Assembly: GCF_016433145.1 (NCBI RefSeq)
Contig: NC_058131.1
Location: 107,797,610 to 107,861,609, forward strand
Source: Gracilinanus agilis
Taxonomy: Eukaryota
DNA: 64,000 bases
Direction: 5' to 3'
Part shown: positions 11,276 through 24,050 of the stretch, in pieces
Numbering within the stretch: position 1 is the stretch's first letter
Layout of the letters: every line of letters begins with the position of its first letter
Position numbers and translations under genes: made by a program
The notes under the pieces: generated by a model
Databases searched by the model: none
Told to the model about the DNA's origin: nothing
The model's input: the letters and a program-made list of their open reading frames with translations, nothing else

Positions 11276-13034
11276 TTGTTCAGTGGCAAAATCCAATGGA
11301 TATATGTTTGTTGAAACAAGTTGAATTGGCTAAAAGATATGTTTTGCTAAGAATAAAATGGCAAAAATGCTGACATTAATAGGCCACCACTGTGGTTTTC
11401 CATCTAGAAGAAACATGAGATGTGACTATAAATGTAACCAGTCTGATTTTATTTTTGGTGGGGTGGGCCTCATTACTTCACAGGCACACCTTATACAATA
11501 TGTTCAAGTTGAAAGTGTGGTTTGAAACTCTGAGACTTTCCTTCAGAAGAAAAAGGTGGAATTTAGTAGAAAGACTTCCAACTGAAAGTAATAAAAAATA
11601 ATAATCACTCTTGAAACATAATGTTGATATTTCCTTAGATGTTGCTTTAAAAATAGGTATTCCTATTTATACTACAGTAGTGACCTGTTGCTGCATCAAT
11701 ATGGCTGTATAAGAAGAGTTTTTATAGCTCTAGAGAACCTATTTATCATTATTGGTGTCCTAACTCAGTAATTAGACTGCCAGTTGTAACATCTTCCACT
11801 GGCTTCTAAACATAATGCATCAACAGATTTAGATAGCACATCAGCCACTTATCTATACAAAAGGCACATTTCCCACAGAAAAAGTCACTTTTCCTAAGTA
11901 TCTGAAAAGGTATAATTAGCAGCCATTAGTATTACCAAAAATAAAAAAAAAAACACCTCTTACAAATGATGTTCATTTAGACTTTCCAGAACCCCTTCAC
12001 TTAGGGTAAAAATATCTGGCAGGAACCAAAAGGAAAACACATCCACCATGAAGTTTCCTTTCTGTGCAATGCACTTCTCATTCTGGTCATGGAAAAATGC
12101 TGTGCTGTACAAAAGTAATTTGTTCTGGTTAGCAAGCTTGAACCCAAAAACCAGTCTACTGGAGAAGCATGCGACCCTTGCAGCACAGTGATCCATTGTG
12201 CGTCACTCAATGTTTCACTGGCCGTCAAGCCTATGTGAGAAAGAAAAATATTGGCTCTTTTGCTTTCCCAGTGTTGACAATGAGAAGTTGGGGCAACAAG
12301 TCTCAGAACCATGGCCAATGTGTTGATTTGCAGAGGGCAAAAGGAATACAAACAAAGAAAGCCTAGTTTCCCTCATATCCATTCCAACACATACATAGAA
12401 TCTTATTAATCATAAGAGCAGTTTACACAGCAACATACTTTACACTTACAAAGTGTTTTGCATACATTTCTTCTTATAATCCTGACCACAACTTATCAAA
12501 GCATCAAATATATTTTTGTCTTCATTTTAAAACCAAGGAAAATAGAAGTAAAAAGAAATGAACTGATTTGGCTGACTTCTTCACTTGCAAGCAGAAGAAG
12601 CTAAGGACTCAAATTATAGATTTCTAACTTAATCTAGTATTTTTCTATTTCAATGGCCAGAAGAAACCTTAAGGGGAATCTGATACAACCCACTCATTAA
12701 GACTTTGAATCAAAAGTGGTTCAAAGAGATTAGAAGATTTCTCTAAGGTTGCCCTTAGAGTTAATGGCAGTTAGGATAAGACCCAAAGGCTCTAGACTGT
12801 AGTGACTTGCATATTGGAGGTGTTTAATACATATTCATTGAACTGAGTATTGATTGAGTGATCTCTCCCTCATATACAATAAGTTTGGGTCAATCAAAAT
12901 AATGTAAACAAGTTATTCTATTGTCTATAATATAATCACAGTTGACAATTTATAACTTTAAAGTTTTAAAGTTTGTTAGGTACTTTATATACATTATCTC
13001 ATTTGAGTCTCATGATAGCAAGCACTACCCCCAA

Positions 13035-13162
13035 NNNNNNNNNNNNNNNNNNNNNNNNNNNNNNNNNNNNNNNNNNNNNNNNNNNNNNNNNNNNNNNNNN
13101 NNNNNNNNNNNNNNNNNNNNNNNNNNNNNNNNNNNNNNNNNNNNNNNNNNNNNNNNNNNNNN
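13035..13162. other. Assembly gap (128 N)
   Basis: Run of N; both flanks are MIR-like. Confidence 1.
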
Positions 13163-13414
13163 NAGTGCTTTAAGGTTTTCAAAGTGCTTCACACATGTTT
13201 TCTCACTTGATCTTCAAAGAAAACTTGGTGGCTAGGTACCCAATCCACTCTGTCCCCTAGCTACCTCTGAGCAAATGTGTGAAGAATTTAACAGGTATTA
13301 TTCTCATTTTCATTTTACATGTGAGAAAAGACACTCGGACTTGATCAGTTTAAATATCTGGTATGACAGTTTATAATGAAATACACATCTTCTTGAATCA
13401 AGTGCTCTATCTAC

Positions 13415-13620
13415 TTTCCCACACTGCCTCTCCAGCATAGTTCTTTGGTATGAATTCCTATAACATTCTGGTGTTTGAAATTTAATAAATATCAATTGTT
13501 AACTGTGACCTTGAACATGGAATTTAACCTCTTTATGTCTTAGTCCCTCATCTGTAAAATGAAGGAAATGACTATATTACTTCTAAGTGTCCTTTGAGCT
13601 CCAAATTGACAATCTACAAT
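13415..13620 (+). mobile_element. MIR/MIR3 SINE fragment
   Basis: ctgtgaccttgaacatggaatttaacctctttatgtcttagtccctcatctgtaaaatg CORE. Confidence 0.55.
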
Positions 13621-16339
13621 CTAATAATAAAGATAAATATATATTTGTTAAGTCTAAAGCTTTAAATTTTATTCATATCAGATGACTCTCTGAAAGGGAG
13701 AGGTGGAAGATTGGGGGGTCATGCTGATGTAAAAATATATTAATAAAACTCTTGATATATAAAATGATATATTAAATTTTAAAAATTGAGGCTAAAAAAT
13801 TTCCCTTTAATTCCAAAATCAAGACTTTTCTCTCCTTCTTTCCCAATATCTTATACTATCAAAATAACTGTGACTAATTTTACTCGACCTAAAAGTCAGA
13901 ATCAAGGAAAGTGTTGAGCAAAGAAAAAGAGAGATCATGTATGAAAAGAAAAAAAAACACAATAATCACAAAGATGTGATATCAAACTCAAATAATAATT
14001 TGGCCTCTAATCTGTACATAAGGATCCCTATGGATCACATATTAACCATTGGGAGGGTTGTGGGCTGCATAAGATCAGCAGGCAATATGTCTGATATCTC
14101 CGTTTAGAGATTATCTAAAGTAAAGATAAGAAAACCAGAAAAGAGGAGAAAATGAATTCTTTGAGAGAAGCACTTTGGCTTTTAAGTTCTAATAGTTTAA
14201 AACTGCTCTTTTTTTGTGTTTTGGGATACACTGTATAAATTTTAGGTCTTGGAAGTTGGAGTGGGAAAAGATCAAACAAATTAAATCTAACAACTTTATC
14301 AAGCAAATGAAATTTTTCTATCTTCAAAATGGATCCTGTCTATAACTTGTAATTATTATAGAGACTTAGTAGGTGCTGTAACCAAAGATGAATTACTGGA
14401 AGTTGATGAGTAAATGAGTCTCAATTTTAGAACAAAAAGTTAATGCTTAGATCAGACAAACTTACTGAATATGAATACACACATATTTATATATCTATCT
14501 ATCTATATTTAATTATGATGTTTATAATTCCCCTTCTTATAATCATCAATGATTCACCAGTGAATTGAGAAATAACAATTTAGGTGTATATAAACCAACA
14601 TTGTCTCCGTTTATTACTACCTACGGCAAGTCAAAAAATTAACAATCCATAGAAAGAACTACCATGACTCACATAGAGAAAACTATTTGAATCTAAATTC
14701 ATTTTCCTTTCAATTTCCCACTTACAACTCCTACTTTCATTGGTTCTATGGAATATATGATCTTTAATAACTTTTTTTGAAAATTGCTACTCTCCATCTA
14801 TCTCCATCACCCTACCATTACTACATAAAGGATTAAGCAAAGGTTTAAAAACCTTCATGACATCTAGGTATTTGCTAACATTAAAATTTTTCTCATTCCT
14901 AGACACAGTCTTTCAGCTTATAATTACAAGTCAATCACTAGTTATATAGCATATTTTTTGGCTTTCAAGTTACTAAGGTTTCTGTCAAAACATACTGAGT
15001 ATTAATAATTCTATTCAGTTCTTTCATGGACCTGTTCTTTGGCCAGAGGAATACAAATTCTCTGAGAAAAGGAATTATAAAATGATGAAGTTCTCTTGTC
15101 CTTAAAATGTTCATGTTTTTTCAGTTCTAAGTTCTTGAAACTAGGATATCCTTCATGATTACAGTTTACATAATATTCTATATATTTGTCAATGAACATA
15201 CATTCATTGACCTTATACAGCATATACACATTAGTTAAAATAAAAAAGAGGTGTGGCTTGCAGTAATTCCATTAAGGCAAAGGGAAAGATTAGCAAAAGG
15301 TAACCCTGAAAAAGAATATAATTTATATAAGAACTCTGGTACAAAAGGATTTCTAAGCCAGAAAAACCTTATTATTGTCAGCTAAGAGAAAATAAACGAT
15401 TTATCTAACTGACAAAAAGAATCTAAAAATGACATAAGTAATGTATAAGAAATTTATATATAGTATATATGTAATGTATAACATATAACAAATTGATATA
15501 TAACATATAACAAAGTATAACATAATCTCCTTTTCCCCCTTGTAAAATTAAATAACAGCATGACAGTATCTTTAGTGGAATTGGGGAAAAAATTTATTCT
15601 GAGCTTAGAGGACAATGTGAGAGAAAAACAAACGGTAACAGCACCCATTATAGATTAACAGAAAATAAAAAAAGAAGCCATACAAATGTGGGTAGTCCCC
15701 TTGCTATGTCCAATATTTAAGCTAATCACCTCCACCCGTACCCCTACTTCAGCTGCCATAGGAATGAAGACAGGGCAACTGATTGAAGGGAGTATAATAA
15801 CTTAAGGCAATAGCCGTAGGATTTGTACCAGCTCATTTGAAGGCTGCCTCAGAAAACAAATAAAAGTAAGTTGAAGTCAAACATATCCACGGGTGCTCAT
15901 TAGGCTGGCTTTTCTTTTGTGGCTTCCTCATGGAGAAACAGAATATCTTGGGCATCTTTAGTTTCCAGGAGATTTTCTTTGTGCCCTGAGTCTGGTGATT
16001 ATACTATGTCTAATGCTAGTCAGTCTTCTTGTTAACACTTTTCTGGAAGTATTCATCTTTACTACCCAATGGAAAAAGAAGCAGAGCCCATATTTGCTAG
16101 CTTAAAAAGCACAAGGAAATGCTGCAGCTAGACTCCATTTTACCCTTGTGCCCATGTATGTAGAGCTGCACTAAGTGAAAATGTTTAGGAGAATGAGCCA
16201 TAACTAGTTGCTAGTAAATATTTAAATGTCAGATTCATGCCTATCAGGTAAGATCCCCGAGCTGAGAAAGACACATGTACAAAGCTTGGGTTCTCCAAGA
16301 GGAAATTTCTTTGCTGCAAGAAAAAAGGAAGCTAGTATT

Positions 16340-16590
16340 GATTAGGCATATTCCAAGCATTGTGCCAATAACAAAATTACCTCATTTGATCCTCATAATA
16401 ATTTTGGAAGACAGGTGCTATCATTATGCCAATTTTACAGATGAGAAAATTAAAGTGAAGAGACTTTATAATGACTTGCCCAGGGTCACTTAGCCAGTAA
16501 ATGTCAGAAGTCAAATTTGAACTCAGGTCTTCTTGACTCCAAGTTTGTCATTGTTTGTCATTTTATCCACTGCAATTCCTAACTGGAGGG
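16340..16590 (-). mobile_element. MIR-family SINE
   Basis: attttacagatgagaaaattaaag...gacttgcccagggtcac...atttgaactcaggtcttcttgactccaag. Confidence 0.75.
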
Positions 16591-18211
16591 GTGTCTTAGT
16601 CTCTTCCCTGGTCAACATGCTATGCAAAACTTAGGAAAGTGTGTGTCTACATTTCATTATAAAATTATTCTCTATCTCCCTAAAGATGTGTCTGAGAGTC
16701 TGGACAAATATCAGTTATATATAGGATTTAGTGGTAAAAAATGTGTCACATTGTCAAAGATAGTTATGTCATTGACTATGTTGTTGGCGCCCTTAGCTTT
16801 TCTCTCAGATGCACCCAGAGCAAAGGTCACAAAACATTTGGAATCAGAGACTATCATATTCTAACACTGCCACTGTCTATATTATAATACGTATGAAGAA
16901 CAAAATGTTGAACTAGTGATTTGCTTCATTAATATAGTCAATTTTCATTCAATAAATTGGGTTTTGAAACATTCTTTGGTAGTAGGTTTTTTTCTCTACA
17001 CTATCTAGAGTTATCTTTTAAAATTACTTCATTTTATATTCATTTTTCCTATGAAATGCAGTGATGTGCCTTTACTATTTCATTTGTAACACTGATGAAT
17101 ATATTAAATGTTTTTAAAATTATATTTGTGGCCTATTCAAATAGAAAGACCAGTTTCAAAGATAAAAAATCATAAACTTGTAGGAAATATTTCTTTGTTA
17201 CTTTTTTATATTTTACATGTTCTTTTTGACTCATTAGAATTAGTTTTTCTCCCTTCGTACAGATAAGAGTATAACATTTTAAAAAAGACTCCATGTAGAA
17301 CAAAATTTAATTTTAAAAAATTAAAAACTAAGATGGAGTGCAATGACTTCAGTACATTCCATGAAGTATTTCTCCACAACGGTAGCATTTGAAGCATTTT
17401 GAATAAAATTATCCAATCATACAGAATGGCAGGGGAGCCAGAGACAGTTATCTACTCTGTACATTAAGGAAAAATGGGAGATTTATTGAAAAAGTCTGAG
17501 TTGAGACAGTTTAGTTATACACAAAGCAATATTAGTTAGTGATATACTTTTTAAAAATAGTATAACAGTAGCATGAGATCAGAGAAAATTTTAGTCAATG
17601 CTGTCCATGGTTTTCTCTGTGCTAGCAAATGACATCTCTGAACAAAGATTTTGTCAGTGATTATAATCAATGTGCATAGCTTACCTAAATAATTCACAAT
17701 TGCCTCCCCTCACACACACAGCAAATCCCTCTCAATTAAAAAAATTAAAGTAATTTACTGAAGTAAATTATGTATAAATCATGTATAAGAAGCTGTGCTT
17801 GATCTAAAGAGTTTAGAATAATGTCTGGCACATAGCAGGTGTTTAATAAATGCTGACTGACTGATCTCTTCTTGGTTTTATTTTGTTGTTGTCTTTTTGG
17901 TGGTTTTTTTTGGTTTTGACTTCTTAATATCACAAGGCCCAAGTAAAATATAAGCTCTTTGGATCCAGGGACAATTTAAAAATATCTTTCTATCATCAAA
18001 GCCTAGACCAGTACCTTGCTCATGGTTAATAAATGTCTATTGTATTGGATTGAGCTGTATATTCCTTTATAATTTTCCTGAAATACATCCCTTTTCAATT
18101 GCTTTCTTCAATCAATAAGATAATGCATACAACCCATCTTTAAATAACAAACAATTTTTCGATTGATTGAAAACCAAATCAATAATTTATATGGTTCTGA
18201 GGAATTCTGGG

Positions 18212-18228
18212 AAGATGGTGGCTTAGAG
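18212..18228 (+). promoter_or_regulatory. YY1-type motif of the L1 internal promoter (aagatggtgg, CpG-decayed AAGATGGCGG); second copy at 18579-18595
   Basis: 17 bp exact repeat aagatggtggcttagag; a YY1 site at the L1 5' end is established for mammalian L1. Confidence 0.55.
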
Positions 18229-18991
18229 CAAATCTTAAAACCTCTGCACCCTTACACACCAAGATAGAAAACAATACACTTTGATAAGAAAGAGGACCAA
18301 GTCTAATAATGGGACCAAGCAAGGGGAGCCCTACTGCAGCATAAATGAAGAGGTATGCCAAGAAAAAGGCTTGAATTCTTGAACTGTGGGTCTGAGGGTA
18401 TAGAAGGGGAATCCCAAGATGCCTCACTGTGCAGAGTCTCCAGTGTCCCCGGAAATCTTAGGGTGGGCGCACTAGCCCAGAGAGAGGGCCTTGCTGATGC
18501 TGGACTTGGGGAGTTGAACACAAGCACTGGAGAGGTGACTGGAGGAGAAAACCAGAGAAACACAGCAAAAATGCCCAAAAGATGGTGGCTTAGAGAGAGC
18601 CAAACATCAGACCACAGACAGTTTGGCTTCCTCACAGGGAGATAGAGAACAAAGGGCTTTAAGAGGAAAGAAAACCACATCAAACAAAAGGACAGAGCAG
18701 GGAGACCCCACTGCTGGACAGCTCAGCTCAGCAAAAAAACACTCCTTCTTGTTCCCCAACATTTTTGTTTGTTTGTTTGTTTTTCCCTCCTCTCCAGGTT
18801 TTAGCCTCAGGGCAGATAAAGCAGTAAAACTAATCCAATCAATACAGGATTAATCCCATCAATTGGACAAACAAGTATTCAGAGAGCAGAGAAAGTAACT
18901 ACAAACTTCCATTGCCAGCTGGAGGAAGATCTTTCATCAAAGATCATTAAATATATCTGCTCAAACTAGCAGAAAAGAAAAGGAAAAAAAT

Positions 18992-19998
18992 ATGAGCAAA
19001 CAACAGAAAAAGAGAAAAGAAATGACAATTGACAATTTCTTCCAAGGAAGTGAAAAGAGAGCAAATGAAATAGAAATAGAGAAGAGGAAGAAGTTCCAGT
19101 GAATTGGACACAGGCTTTGGAAGATCTCAAAATTTAACTTCAGGAACTTAAAAAGCAATCAAGAGAGGCTGAAAACAATTTGAAAAAGGAAATACATGAA
19201 CTAAAACAAGAAAAATAAAGTTTTAAAACCCAGAACTGGCTAGCTTGAAAATGAAGCAAAGAAGGCAAAAGATGATCTACAAAGAAAATCAGAGCAGAAG
19301 GAGAGGGATGACCAAAAATCCAGGGAAGAAATTCACTCTTTAAAAAACAGAATTCAACAACTTTAAGCAAATGACTTCACAAGGCAGCAAGAATATATAA
19401 AACAACATAAAAAATGAAAAATTTGAAGAGAATATGAAACACCTCATTGATTCATCCAAAGATCTGGAGAACAGAGCTAGAAGAGACAACTTAAAAATTA
19501 TTGGTTTACCAGAACATCATGATAAAAGAAAAAGTTTAGATAGCATCTCAAGAGAAATTATAATAGAAAATTGCCCTGAAATTCTTGAACAAGAGGGGAA
19601 AGTGGAAATTGAAAGAATCCACATATCACCTCCTACATTTAATCCACAACTTACAACTTCCAGGAATATTATAGCCAAATTCAAAAACTACCAGACCAAG
19701 GAAAAATATTACAAGCTGCTAAAAAGAAGTCATTCAGATATCAGGGAACCACAGTTAGGATAACACAGGACCTGGCTGCATGGACATTGAAGGACTGGAA
19801 GGCATGGAACACAATATTCTGGAAAGCAAGAGAACTGGGTCTACAAGCACGAATCAACTACCTAGACAAACTGACTATATTATTGCAGGGGAAAGTATGG
19901 TCATTCAATAAAAATGAGGACTTCCAAGCATTCATCGATAAAAGAATGAACTTAGAGAGTTTGCTGCCCAAACACAGAACTCAAGAGAATCACCATAA
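18992..19998 (+). pseudogene. Frameshifted L1 ORF1p
   Basis: ATG at 18992 (MSKQQKKRKEMTIDNFF); DLENRARRDNLKIIGLPE...IERIH...RNIIAKF (RRM) and KARELGLQARINY...GKVWSF (C-terminal domain); several stops and frameshifts. Confidence 0.9.
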
Positions 19999-21494
19999 GG
20001 TAATTAAGAGAATAGGGTGAGGAGAAAAAATAATTTATATGGTCCTTAGTCTAGCTAGGGAGGAATCTCATCTGACCTGCTTGTCTATCCCCTCTCCAAG
20101 CACTTTCTCCTAATATGAATGTAATAATTAATTATCTTTAGGGTTTTAATTCTTTTTTATACAAAGTCATGTGTTTAAGGATATGCCCATCTAAGTCACA
20201 TTCTAAAGTCATTAGCACAATTCGGTGTGCAAATTTGTGTTTAATAAAAACATTTGGATAAGAATTTTTATCAAGAAAAGATTTATTGCTTCAAAATAAT
20301 AAGGTGCTTGCTTGTGGGTTATTTTTCATTCTGTACACACATTCAAAATTCTAGAAGTACTGAAGCAGAAATTCATTTCTAGAAGTGTACTCAACCACAA
20401 AAGACCATATTTATTCTTCTTGGCTATTCATCCTTCCCAGTGATAAAACTCTCAAAAGAAATAGTTTGGCATTTAGATATATACATTATTTCCTTCTTTT
20501 TGTTGAGTAGAAAACTAATGTACACTATCTACGGATCATCCAAGAACACTGTAATTATAATTGAGAAGATCTGATATTTTATTGTAGTTCATACTTCTGT
20601 CTCAGGATTATTCAACAGTAAGGATGTCATTTCAAACAGTACTTCACACATAAGCTTTCTTCCAAAATTTTTCCTTATTCTTCTTCAATAAATCTGATAA
20701 AGTGAGGCTTTTCATAAGATTCACTGTTAAAAATGGGGTACACTTATAGAATAAAGTAAGCAGGTGACTCATGTGAACCGACCTAACTCTTCTTTATTAA
20801 GGACTAACAATAACTAGGAAGTATTTTATGTGTTTCTGAGAAATTAGATACAGAGTCAAAAACTGCAAAAAATAAGAACTATCTAAAGGAAGGAAAATGA
20901 CATTTAAAAATTTTAAATGTGTTATTGAAACTACCAAGCTTAAGTCAGGAAAACAAAATACTGTCCTTTTTTATATAACTGACATTTTGTCAGTGGACAT
21001 TTTCTTCAAGCTCATTTCCATTTTCCCAGAATTGATGCTAATTTTGTGTCATTCGTTCTATTCTCTTTTATCAAGGGATGTATAGGGGGAATAGGAAAAA
21101 CATTTTTGGCCTTAGAATAAAAAATTATGCTGAAATGTATTATATTGTATCATACACAAGATCTTGTTTATTCTTAGATCCCAAGATCTTCGTTATTCTT
21201 TACAAACTAAATTAGCTAACCTCTAGACTACCCCAAGGACTGTTTCTAAAAAATAACATAGAATCATAAAAATGGAAACAGATCTTGGTGGCCACTCAGC
21301 ACAACTAATGGCAACAAAACTCCAGAGAAGCTAGTTAACTTCCATGAAGTCACAGCTAATGAGTACCAAAATTAGGATAAATAATTTTGTTCTAACTGTT
21401 AAACCCCTTGATATTATGTAAGAGTTATATTTGACCCATATCTGGAGTCAAGTCAACAGACATTTATTATGCACCTGTTATTTGTCAGGCATGT

Positions 21495-21730
21495 GCAAGG
21501 AATTAAGAACTGAAAGACTAGCAAAAACCATCTCTTTCTTTAAAGAACCAAAAATCTAAAGGATGCCATAACATAGATATAATTATGAACAAGTAAGATA
21601 AATACAAGAAAGATTTGAAATAATTTCAGAGGTTTGGTGCTAACATAAAAGGAGACTGAGGAGGACTTTTAAGAGAAAGTGGGATTTTAACTGAGACTTG
21701 AAAAAAGCCAAAAAAAGCCAGGGGGCAAAT
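21495..21730 (-). mobile_element. L2 3' region
   Basis: agtcaacagacatttattatgcacctgttatttgtcaggcatgtgcaagg followed by the typical purine-rich antisense L2 stretch. Confidence 0.6.
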
Positions 21731-21789
21731 ACAAGAAAGAACATCTATATATTGCGGGAGGGGTGGGAAATCTGTGAATATTCACAGCT

Positions 21790-22100
21790 GGCTATAAATT
21801 GAAGTGATTGGAAGCTATCAAGTTGAAAATGGGTTAATTTCTAGATTATGTTAGGATTCTTTTTCTCATCCTAAGAGGGCATAATTAGGCACAATGTCTA
21901 GAAGTTTAAAATAAGAAAAATTTGGTTTTACTGCAAAATTTCACAACAATTATAGCTCTCCACATATGCAAGGTGAACCTTGGAAGATAGTGGGTCCCCA
22001 TTCAAAAATAGTTTTCAAAGAAAGGGGACCACTGATCTGGTATGTTGTAGGATTTTTTTCAGGTATTAGTTTGCTTCATAACCAAAAATCCTGAAGACTT
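21790..22100 (+). mobile_element. CR1/L3 LINE 3' end
   Basis: ccttggaagatagtgggtccccattcaaaaatagttttcaaagaaaggggaccactgatctggtatgttgtagg resembles the CR1 3' terminus. Confidence 0.55.
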
Positions 22101-22585
22101 AATTTGTATATAAACAATATTCACAGTTGAAACTTAATGACATTAAACAAACCTTAAACCAAATTCACAGTAATGAAAAATATTATTTCAAGAGAAACAC
22201 ATTTCCATAAAAAGATAAAGAGATACTGAAGAAAGAAGTGTGGAATTAGAAACAGAGAACTTTGGCTAAAATTCTAACTCTACTCCCTAATGCCTACATG
22301 ATATTGGATAAGTATCTTAACTTCTCTAAAGATATAAAATGAAGGAGCTGGATCACAAGACCTCTAAGTAATATATTTGCTCCAAAAATATTATCTTATA
22401 ATCCTCTTGCTAGGGAAGAGAAGGATTCTTGATATGGACAGTGAAGAATTATCAGATGATATAGCCATTTCCATTTTGTTCAGCTATTGTATAATTAAGT
22501 TGTACTTAATTATCTTATTTCATTACAAGAAAAGGCTCAGTGATGGTGAGAGTATATTTGAAAATATATTGTAAAAAACAAAAAT

Positions 22586-22786
22586 GGGGCAGCTAGGTGT
22601 CTCAGTGGACTGAGAACCAAGCCTACAAATGGGAGGTCCTAGGTTCAAATCTGACCTCAGACACTTCCTAGCTGTGTGACCCTGGGCAAGTCACTTAATC
22701 CCCATTGGCTAGCCCTTCCCACTCTTCTGCCTTAATAACCAACTTAGTATTGGTTCAAAGGTAGAAGGTCAGGGTTTAAAAAGAAA
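22586..22786 (+). mobile_element. Opossum tRNA-derived SINE (SINE1_Mdo type, older tail)
   Basis: ggggcagctaggtgtctcagtgg...ggttcaaatctgacctcagacacttcctagctgtgtgaccctgggcaagtcac...agggtttaaaaa. Confidence 0.93.
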
Positions 22787-23869
22787 GGCAAGGTAATCAA
22801 CACAATGCTTAAATAACCAGTAAAAAAGTTAAGAAATATTCAAAAGCATTGTTTTATCAGCATAATGACAAACAATTGGATTGCATGAATCATACAACTT
22901 CTGACACAAGAGTGAAACAGAGGAACTTCCTTCACAGATGGTTCCATGAATAATTCATTTAGGAGTTTACACAAAATAGATCCAAATTTCTTTGCCTAGT
23001 TTAAACTAAGAATCTTGAAAGTCCATCAAATAGTTGACATAAAACTTGAGAAAAAAAGAAACTTGAGAAAGGTGAAGGAAGAATAGCTTTTTTCAGTTAC
23101 AAATCATATTCTTAAAACATTAACAATGTTCAATATTTCATTTCTATTTTCCCAAACAGAATAATTCTATCATGAGGTAGGATACATCTTACTATGTAGT
23201 TATTAGAAAGTTAAATTAGAAAATTCCCCCTAGACTTTGATAATTATATGTCTGATTCTGTGGTTTGGGATTTTGTTCTTGCCTAACATATGCAGAAAAG
23301 GACAGGATGCTACAAGGAATTTGTTTCCTGTTTTGAATTGTCCTGCCCAGAGGCTAATTGTATTAATAGACTTCCCTGGGTCTAATTAGTACTTTGTCTA
23401 ACCTCAGCTGATTGTGATAATTTCATTTAATGTCTTCAGTAAGAGATAAATTATTAAATCCAGTCATGATAAAAGAATAGCTCTTGTAATCCCAGAACCC
23501 GAAGACAGAAGATATTTGACAGGTCATTGAACCTTGACCAAGTCAAATTCAGAAGCATCCTACTCACAATGCTGATTTCAATACTAAATTTAACCCAGAG
23601 TAGGAAATGTTTTCCTTGCCAGATGGCTTTCTGCACCTCAGAACTGTGAATTTAGAATGATGAAAGACCTCTTCTCTTTTTCTAGCTGACAAACAAGAGC
23701 AATTGATCAAACATTTAACACTGGCAACTTCAAATGTCAATTCTTACTTTCTATCACTTTAATCCTACAGGACACTTGGTAGTGAAGACTATCACTCAAC
23801 AGGGTAGAAGAAGATGAGAAAAGCCACACATCCACTTAGGTAAAATACAAGTGACCACAACATTTTGAA

Positions 23870-24050
23870 GGTTAGAGTCACAGGATATAAAACTGGAAAG
23901 TGGCCCAGAGATCATCTAGTCCAAAAATCTCATTTCACAGATGAGGAAAGAGGTTCAAGAGGTCAAATAACTTGCTCTAGATCACATGTTCACATACGTA
24001 ATAAGAAGCAGATCCAGTATTTGTAGACATGACACTTCTGATTATACGTG
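23870..24050 (-). mobile_element. MIR3-like SINE
   Basis: ggatataaaactggaaagtggcccagagatcatctagtcc...catttcacagatgagg. Confidence 0.6.

Larger units (their letters stand above)
18199..20028 (+). mobile_element. LINE-1 containing only 5'UTR and ORF1, flanked by a TSD
   Basis: Starts gaggaattctgggaagatggtgg; ORF1 peptides; ends ggagaaaa about 30 bp after the ORF1 stop; aataatttatatggt at 18181-18195 and 20029-20043. Confidence 0.95.

Noticed and set aside
11960-12366. Three overlapping 65-116 aa ORFs on both strands as a protein-coding gene
   Set aside because: No recognisable homology and mutually overlapping frames; kept only as a candidate conserved element or short ORF in findings.
12942-13235. 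ORFs containing long X runs
   Set aside because: Artefacts of translation through the 128-N gap.
20606-20617. Possible 12 nt microexon (tctcag/gattattcaaca/gtaagg)
   Set aside because: No upstream UGC enhancer motif and no supporting neighbouring exons; such matches are common.
23042-23070. aaacttgagaaa repeated around aaaag as another orphan poly(A)
   Set aside because: The insert is only 5 nt and impure; simple slippage duplication explains it equally well.
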